A stretch of 44,207 bases of DNA from the NCBI GenBank assembly GCA_030754595.1, contig JASLZZ010000066.1, forward strand, positions 1 through 44,207, written 5' to 3'. Below, one piece after another: positions 37,200-44,207 of this stretch. A program made the translations under genes and the position numbers. This DNA comes from Nitrospinota bacterium. Lineage in GTDB: Bacteria; UBA8248. Position 1 is the first letter of the stretch. Every line of letters starts with the position of its first letter. Under the pieces are notes generated by a model. The model was not told the DNA's origin and did no database searches. It worked only from the letters and a program-made list of their open reading frames with translations.

Positions 37200-37892
37200 A
37201 TGGTCAAGCTGATCGATCTGAGCCGGGAGCTCTACCACCGGGCTCCAACGCACCCGGACCATCCCCCCATGGTCATCAACTCATGGGTGACGCACGAGGA
37301 GCGGAAAAAGGAGACAGGCGGCTTTTCCTCCACCTCGATGGTGCTCTCGATGGGAGATCACGCCGGCACCCACGTGGACGCCCCGCGCCACTTCAACGCC
37401 GACCCCGGCGCCCCGGGCATCGGTGAGTTGCCGCTCGAGCATTTTTACACCGAGGCCGTCTGCCTCGACCTCTCCCGCAAGCCCTCTGCGTCGGACATCA
37501 CCATCGCCGACCTCGAAGCGGCCTGCCGCGCCGCGGACGTCGATATCCAAGAGGGCGACACTGTCTTCCTCTACACCGGCCATCACGAGCGTACCTTCGG
37601 CACCCCGGCCTATCTCACCGATTTTCCCGGCCTCACACGCGAATCCGCGGAATGGATCGGACGAAAGGGAATCGTCAGCTTCGGGGTCGAGGCCGTGAGC
37701 CCGGGACGGCCCGGGGAGAACAACTTCGAGGTCCACCGCGTCTGCGCCGAGATGGGCTTCATCCACATGGAGAGCCTGATGAACCTCGAGGCGCTCGTGG
37801 GAAAGGGCCGGTTCCGCTTCGCGGGCTTTCCACTCAAGATCCGAGGCGGCTCGGGCAGCCCCATACGGGCGGTGGCGATTCTGGAAGAGTGA
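37200..37892 (+). CDS. Cyclase family metal-dependent hydrolase (kynurenine formamidase-like)
   Basis: HAGTHVDAPRH, FPGL, HMESLMNL, PLKIRGGSGSPIRAVA. Confidence 0.92.
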   Translation: MVKLIDLSRELYHRAPTHPDHPPMVINSWVTHEERKKETGGFSSTSMVLSMGDHAGTHVDAPRHFNADPGAPGIGELPLEHFYTEAVCLDLSRKPSASDITIADLEAACRAADVDIQEGDTVFLYTGHHERTFGTPAYLTDFPGLTRESAEWIGRKGIVSFGVEAVSPGRPGENNFEVHRVCAEMGFIHMESLMNLEALVGKGRFRFAGFPLKIRGGSGSPIRAVAILEE

Positions 37893-37968
37893 GAGAGGGT
37901 GAATTTTTCCCTCAGTTCGCTCTTTGAGCCTCCTGATGCTGGCGGTTTCCCTCAACCGGCCGGCGAAC

Positions 37969-39366
37969 TCAGCTCTGTCCTCCCGTTTCGCACTCATAGG
38001 CGTATGCCAACCGGTAGAGGATATCCTCCCGGAACGGGGCGCCGATGAGCTGAAGGGCGAGGGGGAGACCCCCGCTGGAGAAGCCGCAGGGCAGGCTCAT
38101 TGCGGGGGCGCCGAGGCCGCTCACCATCCGGGTGAAGCGCGTGAGACGGGCGATCATCTCGGACATCTCCTCCCCCGCTCCCACGCCGGTCTCCCCCAGA
38201 GTGGGTGCGGAGAAGGGAACCGCCGGCGCGGCGAGGGCGTCCACTTTTGAGAACACCTCTTCCCCGTACTTTTTGACGAGCCGGGCGCGCAGGCGGAGAG
38301 CGTCCAGGTATTCGTGCGCCGGGATGTGGAAGCCGGTCTCCATCCGGGCCAGGACCTGAGGAGTGATCTCGCCGGGGCGCTCCCGGGCCACCTGGCCGTG
38401 GATGCTCGCCGCCTCGCACTTGGTGATCAGGTTTGTGAGGGCATCGAGGACCTCGGGCGCGGGCAATTTCACGGGAACAATATCCGCGCCGAGCTTCTCC
38501 AAGACACCGATGGCCTCACGGACGGCCCGCTCGGTTTCCTCCGAAACCGCATCGAAGAAGAAGTTCTCGGGGAGGCCAACCCGGAGGCCCTCCGCGCCCT
38601 TTTGCATCTCGGAGAGGTAATCGGGGACGGGAAGCCGGGATGTGGTGGCATCAGCTGGGTCGTAACCCGCGATGGTCTGCATGATGAGGGCGTTGTCCTC
38701 GGCCGTCCGGGTCATGGGGCCGAGACAGTCCATCGACCAGGAGAGGGGCATGGCGCCCACGCGGCTCACCCGGCCCCAGGTGGGCTTGAGGCCCACGACG
38801 CCGCAGAAGGCCGAAGGCAAGCGGATCGATCCCCCGGTGTCTGAGCCGAGGGCCCCTAGGGCGAGGCCTGCAGCCACAGCGGCGCCCGAGCCGCTTGAGG
38901 AACCACCAGCGATATGTCCGCTTTTCCAGGGGTTCTGGACGTCCCCGAAGTGCATGTTGTGCCCGGTGGGCCCTAGGGCGAGCTCGGCCATATTCAGCTT
39001 GCCGAGGGTGACGACCCCGGCCGCCCGCAAACGGTGAACGGCGGTGCACTCGGCCCGGGGCTCAAAGTCGCGGTAGACGAGGGAGCCGCAGGTCGCCGGG
39101 AGGCCAAGGATGAAACACAGGTCCTTGTAAGCGAGGGGGATTCCGTCAAGGGGACCGAGGGGCCTCCCCTCGCGAAAGCGCGCCTCGGCTTCCCGGGCTG
39201 TGCGCAGGGCGCCTTCGCCGTCCAAGGTAATATAGGCGTGGAGCTTTGGGTCGAGGGAGGCGATCAGACCGATAATCTGTTCCACGGCCTCGGGAGGGGA
39301 GGTCCGTCCCTCCCGGTAAGCCATGCCAAGGCTCCTGATGGTCCAGGCGGACGCTCCTTCTTTCAC
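37969..39366 (-). CDS. Amidase-signature family amidase
   Basis: GPLDGIPLAYKD, GKLNMAE, GGSSSGSGAAVAAG, GSDTGGSIRLPSAFCGVVGLKPTWGRV. Confidence 0.93.
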   Translation of the reverse strand: MKEGASAWTIRSLGMAYREGRTSPPEAVEQIIGLIASLDPKLHAYITLDGEGALRTAREAEARFREGRPLGPLDGIPLAYKDLCFILGLPATCGSLVYRDFEPRAECTAVHRLRAAGVVTLGKLNMAELALGPTGHNMHFGDVQNPWKSGHIAGGSSSGSGAAVAAGLALGALGSDTGGSIRLPSAFCGVVGLKPTWGRVSRVGAMPLSWSMDCLGPMTRTAEDNALIMQTIAGYDPADATTSRLPVPDYLSEMQKGAEGLRVGLPENFFFDAVSEETERAVREAIGVLEKLGADIVPVKLPAPEVLDALTNLITKCEAASIHGQVARERPGEITPQVLARMETGFHIPAHEYLDALRLRARLVKKYGEEVFSKVDALAAPAVPFSAPTLGETGVGAGEEMSEMIARLTRFTRMVSGLGAPAMSLPCGFSSGGLPLALQLIGAPFREDILYRLAYAYECETGGQS

Positions 39367-39557
39367 GGGCGGTTCCGCTCTAAGGCACGGACGAAATAGG
39401 AGGGTTCGTCCTCCATCGCGAGGGAGGGGAGGTGGGGCGCGAGGGCGCCTCGCAGGGCCTCCAACTCCGAGGCGAGGGCCGCAACCTGCTCTTTGTCCAG
39501 GGGGCGACTGCTCCCCTCAGAAATGATGTCTTTCCTGAGATTCTCTCGATAGATCAT
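39363..39557 (-). CDS. Small protein translationally coupled to the amidase (GatC/AtzG-like partner)
   Basis: 64 aa; its stop overlaps the amidase GTG by 4 nt; helix followed by L...DEP. Confidence 0.55.
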   Translation of the reverse strand: MIYRENLRKDIISEGSSRPLDKEQVAALASELEALRGALAPHLPSLAMEDEPSYFVRALERNRP

Positions 39558-39753
39558 AAAAAAAATACTTCTTGGTTTTAAGAAAAGAATCTTTCGGGTT
39601 CAGTTCCGGGGATAACCGGGCTTCTTCGTGACACGTTCCGTCTCGTCCCGTCAAAAACTCATCCGAATTCACGCCCCCTCGCGGCTATAATATTTGAGCA
39701 TTCCTCCAAGCCGCTCACGGCATCAAACCTCGCCACCCTTCTCTCCCGCGCCT

Positions 39754-39972
39754 TGCGCTCCGCGATAATTGGTTCCCAAAAAAAATTTCAAAGCTTTGAA
39801 TTCCGATAAAATCCAATTCAAACAGTAATTGATAACTCGAGCGTATATTTTGACAGGAAGCGATATATCGTTTCGATTATGTGCATGACACACATCATGC
39901 CACAATGAGACTCGATCAATCGATCCCGCCAAAGGTTTCATTTTATGGAGAATCCAATTATCGCGAAGCGCA
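39754..39972. repeat. Best-preserved copy of a ~220-bp MITE-like element with 19-bp terminal inverted repeats
   Basis: TGCGCTCCGCGATAATTGG (39754-39772) and CCAATTATCGCGAAGCGCA (39954-39972) are complementary at 18 of 19 positions. Confidence 0.8.
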
Positions 39973-40132
39973 GCCGAGTTGGATATTTATCCCATGCCAT
40001 ATATCTTATAAGTCTATGGAAAATGCCATTTCAAAACGGACGGTTGCTTGGACATATGTCCATCCTCTAACGGAAATTCGAGAAGAGCGGTAGAGGCGCT
40101 GTCCGACTTTCAAGGAATGATGAGCCTCAGAC

Positions 40133-40903
40133 ATGTTGTTAAACGAGATGACGTGGATGGAAATCCGGGAATTGCTTCCCCAAAACTCGGTGGTGATTCA
40201 GCCGGTGGGATCGACCGAGCAGCATGGGCCCCATCTTCCGCTTCAAATCGACATTTTGAGCGCCTACGAAGTCGCCCGGGCGGCGGGAGAGCACACAGGC
40301 TGCCTGGCGCCGCCGCCGCTGCCATATGTCTATTCTGAGACCTGGCAGACTTTTCCGGGAACGATCAGCTTTAAACCTCAAACCTTCATGAACTGCGTCT
40401 CGGATATTGCCGAGAGCCTGGTGCGCGGGGGTTTCAGGAAAATCTTTTTTCTGAACGGCCACAACGGCAACCTCGCGCCTCTCCAGACCATGATATTTCA
40501 ACTTCTCGAACGCTACGGGCGCGAGGGCGAGGTCCTCATCGGGGCCGGCTCGTATTTCGTGATCGCCCAGGAAGCCTGCGCCGCCATCGGCGACAGTTTC
40601 AGCGACGGAACACACGCCAACGAGTTCGAGACTTCCATGGTGATGCAGATGCGGCCCGACCTCGTTCACGTAGATCGCCTGGACGATTGGGTTTATGAGC
40701 CCGAATTTTTTCTCTCGTTCCGCGAAGGGATGACATCTGTGCATAAACTGCCAGACAGCAGCCGACACATCGGGGTATTCGGCGACCCCCGAAGGGCTAG
40801 TCAGGATAAAGGGAGGCGATATTTCGAGGCCTGCGTCGCGCGGGTTGCCGAGATGGTGGAAAATTTCGATCCTGAGTATTTCGGCCTGGGTGGCGGGTCC
40901 TAG
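40133..40903 (+). CDS. Creatininase/mycofactocin MftE-family amidohydrolase
   Basis: PVGSTEQHGPHLP..D, FPGTIS, NGHNGN, HANEFETS, GVFGDP..AS..KG. Confidence 0.92.
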   Translation: MLLNEMTWMEIRELLPQNSVVIQPVGSTEQHGPHLPLQIDILSAYEVARAAGEHTGCLAPPPLPYVYSETWQTFPGTISFKPQTFMNCVSDIAESLVRGGFRKIFFLNGHNGNLAPLQTMIFQLLERYGREGEVLIGAGSYFVIAQEACAAIGDSFSDGTHANEFETSMVMQMRPDLVHVDRLDDWVYEPEFFLSFREGMTSVHKLPDSSRHIGVFGDPRRASQDKGRRYFEACVARVAEMVENFDPEYFGLGGGS

Positions 40904-40938
40904 CGAGCGGGCCCCCCAGTGCAAGAGAATCATATCTG

Positions 40939-42170
40939 ATGGCGAAAAAGACAAATACGAATCAGGCGCAAGTTTCTCGCCGAATAAAAAAACCGCCGCG
41001 ATTGCGTGCCGCCTGGTGGGGCTACCGCCGAGAAAACGGCGACGTAGGTTCACGCAATTACCTCCTCGTCCTGAGGGTCTTTTCAGCGCCAATCCGGTCT
41101 GCGAGCGTGTGGCCCGCACTCTTCGTCATGCAGTTTCGATCATCCATCCCCTCGGCCGCTGCCAAATCGCTCCCGATCTGGAGCGCACTCTCAAGACCCT
41201 TGTGGGTCAAGGATTAAACGCCAATGCGGGGGCCGTACTCGTTATTGACCACTATCACGAAAACGAGCGCTCGGGTGAAGAGATCGCCCACGAGATCGCC
41301 AGGAGCGGCAAGCGCGTTGAAGTGGTGAATATTCGAAAAGGAAGTGGTATCGCCGAGGCAACAGCCAAGGCGACACGCATCGGGATGGAAATGGTGCGGG
41401 AGCTAACGAATGAGCAGCGCCAAGAGGAGCCCGTGAGCAAACTTCTCGTCGGCCTCAACTGTGGGCGATCGGACACAATCTCGAGCCTCTCACACAATAA
41501 AGCGGCCGGCTGGGTGACCGACCAGGTGGTCCGGCTCGGCGGCCGGGCCATCCTCGCGGAAACGACTGAGATGATGGGGGCCGAAGGTGTCCTGGCGTCT
41601 AAATGTGTACGTCCCTCTCTGGAAAAGCGCATTTGGAAAATCGTGCGGGAAACGGAAAAAAATGTTCTTGCATACGGCGTGGACCTGCGCGGAAGCCAGC
41701 CGACAACCGACAATATAGCAGGTGGACTAACCACCATAGAGGAAAAATCCTTGGGCGCCATTCAGAAAGCCGGAACGACACCCATCGTGGACGTCATTCC
41801 TTGGGCCGAGCGGGCCAACCGGACAAGCGGACTCCACGTCATGGACACTCCGGGCCATGGGGGCGAGTCCCTCACCGGAATCTGCGCAGGCGGGGCGCAG
41901 GTACTTATTTTCTCAACGAGCGGGGGTCTTACAACCAATCATCCCCTGATGTCCACCATTCGCGTTACGGGCAACCCGTCTTCGGCACACCTCAACCTGG
42001 ACACGACCGACGTTGATGTCTCGGACATTTTCGAGGGATTGCCCGTCCAAGAAGCCGGCCGCCGCATATACGACGAGGTAATCGACGTGGCGAGCGGCAA
42101 AATGACCACGGGTGAAATTCTTTTCTTGGCCGACGCTTTTGCAATCAACCGGTGCGGACCGAGCGTTTGA
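40939..42170 (+). pseudogene. UxaA/GarD/SuyB-family dehydratase large subunit, frameshifted near 41075
   Basis: The N-terminal GYRRENGDVGSRNYLLVL (ORF 40939) and the body GLFSANPVCER...ETTEMMGAE...NIAGGLTTIEEKSLGAIQKAG (ORF ending 42170) lie in different frames and are joined by restoring 1 nt. Confidence 0.85.
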
Positions 42171-42338
42171 CCCTCGATGGTGTATTTAGACTGGACGGCC
42201 TGGGAGCCACAGACGGAAAATTATCAAGGAAGTTGAACCTTGGCCAACTCCCAACTCCACAAAATTAGTAATTTGAGAGGCACTCCAGGCTTTCCGGGGG
42301 TAAGATGGGACCGACCCCGTTGAAGCTGGGAGAATAAA

Positions 42339-44021
42339 ATGCCCCTGTCAACCTTATCATGTCTGCGTGAGCTTAATTCCCTCAATAGGGAGTTTGGCGA
42401 CAATGCGTTGGGACGGAAGATTGAGCTCCTAAGATTTCTCGAACGCCGGAGACTTAATAAAGCAAAAGAGGTGGCACAGTTTCACGACATTCTTTGCTTC
42501 ATGCGCGCTTGGCCAAGTGGTCAGGAAATTCTTGAAGTCACCGAGCGGATTTTAGAAGGATTTGAAAATAGAAGCGATCTCCGTCGATTCCACAACCAAC
42601 TGGAGGGAAGTGGCATCGCCGGGACCGTCATTTCGTATCGATTTTTCCATCCGACCGCGGAATGGCTAGCGGAGCGCTGGGGCCATCGACTCCAGATTGA
42701 TTGGCCGGAATTCGAAAACGCTGCAAACCTGGAGAGTTTCCTGTCTATCCTCGTGAGCTACGCCGAGACACCGGCATTGGATGAATACGATTTTGGTGCG
42801 CGCGTTTGGATCGAACGGATGAAGAATCCAGGCGAGACCGACGCCGTATTTCTGATCAGAAGCTTTAAAGCCCTTCATGCAGATTCATTTCTACAGGAAA
42901 AATTATACGAGGATTTGGATCCGCCCTTGCGCCTACTTCCGGGCGCTGACACCCCTTCACGCTCAACTGAGAAATTTCCGACAAAGCGTATCACTTGGCA
43001 AAAAGAGCCGATTCAGAATCAACGCCCCGACCTGAAAGCGGCGATCCGTTCCTCGAGTTTCAAAATGAACAAACTCGGTACCGGGCAAGCACGCCGCGCC
43101 GTAGAGTTGGCGCGGGGGACAATGGTCGCGCGCCTTCGAGATCTCGATGCCTTCGCCTATGCGAACCCGAATGACGTCCGCATCGCCGACTGCGGTGAGG
43201 GTGTGCAGGTTCTCCTGACGGGGGTTCTGCCGAAGCGGCGCCTGCTGCTGGAGTCCCTCTACGGTTTTTTGCTCCTCAAGAACGGCATTCCAATCGGCTA
43301 CGGGACAGGGGCAGGTCTTTTTTCCTCATGTGAGGTCGCTTTCAATCTGTTCCCTGCCTTTCGAGGAGGTGAGACTGCGCTTATCTACTCGTTGGTCCTC
43401 GCGATTTTCCGGCGGTTGTTCGATGCCGATACCTTTATGGTCGATCCCTATCAATTGGGGCAGGACAACGAGGAGGCCCTTCATTCTGGCGCTTGGTGGT
43501 TCTATGCAAATCTGGGATTCATGCCGCTCGAGCCGGCGGCCTTGCGCTTGGCGCGAACCGAGATGAGCCGTCGGAGAAAGAGAGCCGGATACCGCTCTTC
43601 AATTTCGGCGCTCGAAAGGCTCTCCCAATATCCGGTTTTTCTTGAACTCAGGCGAAAACGCCGGGGTGTGCTCGGGACGCTGAACCTGGCCGCGGTGGGG
43701 CTGGCCGTGACGGATTTGATGGCCCGCCGCTTCGGTTCGGACCGGAAGGGCGGAACGCGTCAGTGTGCCATGGAAGTGGCTCATCTCTTGAAGGCTGGGT
43801 CACTCAATAATACGACCGCCGACGAGCGGGAGGCATGGGAAAGGTGGAGTCCACTTGTTCTCGCCCTCGGCTCCGTCCATCGTTGGCCACGGAAAGACCA
43901 GCGCGCCCTTGTCGAGGTTATACGAGCCAAGGGCGGGCATCACGAATCCGACTTTGTCCCGTTGTTCGATGGCCATCAACGACTTAGAAAAGGGATTCAG
44001 CGGATGGCCGAAAGCGGTTAA
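42339..44021 (+). CDS. Hypothetical protein, 560 aa, with a possible GNAT-like region
   Basis: Long ORF with RBS GGGAGA; FPAFRGG and SGAWWFYANLGF segments. Confidence 0.75.
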   Translation: MPLSTLSCLRELNSLNREFGDNALGRKIELLRFLERRRLNKAKEVAQFHDILCFMRAWPSGQEILEVTERILEGFENRSDLRRFHNQLEGSGIAGTVISYRFFHPTAEWLAERWGHRLQIDWPEFENAANLESFLSILVSYAETPALDEYDFGARVWIERMKNPGETDAVFLIRSFKALHADSFLQEKLYEDLDPPLRLLPGADTPSRSTEKFPTKRITWQKEPIQNQRPDLKAAIRSSSFKMNKLGTGQARRAVELARGTMVARLRDLDAFAYANPNDVRIADCGEGVQVLLTGVLPKRRLLLESLYGFLLLKNGIPIGYGTGAGLFSSCEVAFNLFPAFRGGETALIYSLVLAIFRRLFDADTFMVDPYQLGQDNEEALHSGAWWFYANLGFMPLEPAALRLARTEMSRRRKRAGYRSSISALERLSQYPVFLELRRKRRGVLGTLNLAAVGLAVTDLMARRFGSDRKGGTRQCAMEVAHLLKAGSLNNTTADEREAWERWSPLVLALGSVHRWPRKDQRALVEVIRAKGGHHESDFVPLFDGHQRLRKGIQRMAESG

Positions 44022-44067
44022 GTGTGACTCATTACTCGGCGAGCGTGAACCTGTCCGCGGCGAATTA

Positions 44068-44207
44068 CTAGAAGTCATTTCATAACTTCAAAATGACTTG
44101 GTATGCTGTGGTTCTCCGCCGGGAGGAGTGCAGCCATGGCATGGCGTGGCCTCACCGATCGGCAGTGGAAGCTGATCCAGCCCCATCTCCCGCCCCGGAA
44201 GATTAAT
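44068..44207 (+). mobile_element. IS5-family insertion sequence, 5' end: left inverted repeat and transposase start (ATG 44136)
   Basis: CTAGAAGTCATTTCATAAC terminal repeat, RBS GGAGGA, then MAWRGLTDRQWKLIQPHLP (LTD.QW..I.P.LP is the typical IS5/IS427-group N-terminus). Confidence 0.92.

Noticed and set aside
37969..39557. gatC-gatA of the tRNA-dependent amidotransferase
   Set aside because: There is no gatB, the small protein is shorter than typical GatC, and the context is catabolic.
1..44207. CRISPR array, rRNA or tRNA (including selC)
   Set aside because: No regularly spaced repeats or recognisable structural RNA genes were seen by eye; a tRNAscan or Infernal run would be needed to exclude them fully.

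Overview
A 44.2-kb bacterial segment, mostly GC-rich, bounded at both ends by partial copies of what looks like the same IS5-family element, so it is probably a whole contig. The centrepiece is a minus-strand operon (3922-12284) for a periplasmic, Tat-exported nitrite oxidoreductase/nitrate reductase of the Nitrospira/Nitrospina/anammox type. Its order is: HExxH hypothetical, nxrA, small hypothetical, nxrB, TorD-like chaperone, and a di-heme-c/heme-b gamma-like subunit interrupted by one in-frame TAA. The rest looks heterotrophic and catabolic: CoA-transferase III, enoyl-CoA hydratase, PrpD, aryl-CoA ligase, LLM oxidoreductase, a hydantoinase/oxoprolinase pair, a class IV aminotransferase, M20 peptidase, cyclase, amidase, creatininase and a UxaA-type dehydratase. 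It also carries an orphan glycine/betaine-reductase-like GrdE-GrdB pair. GrdB is a selenoprotein (UGA plus SECIS-like hairpin) with a non-canonical UxxSxxS site. Four genes carry single nonsense or frameshift lesions. A ~220-bp inverted-repeat-bounded non-coding element recurs in several intergenic regions. All calls come from motif recognition by eye; no searches were run.
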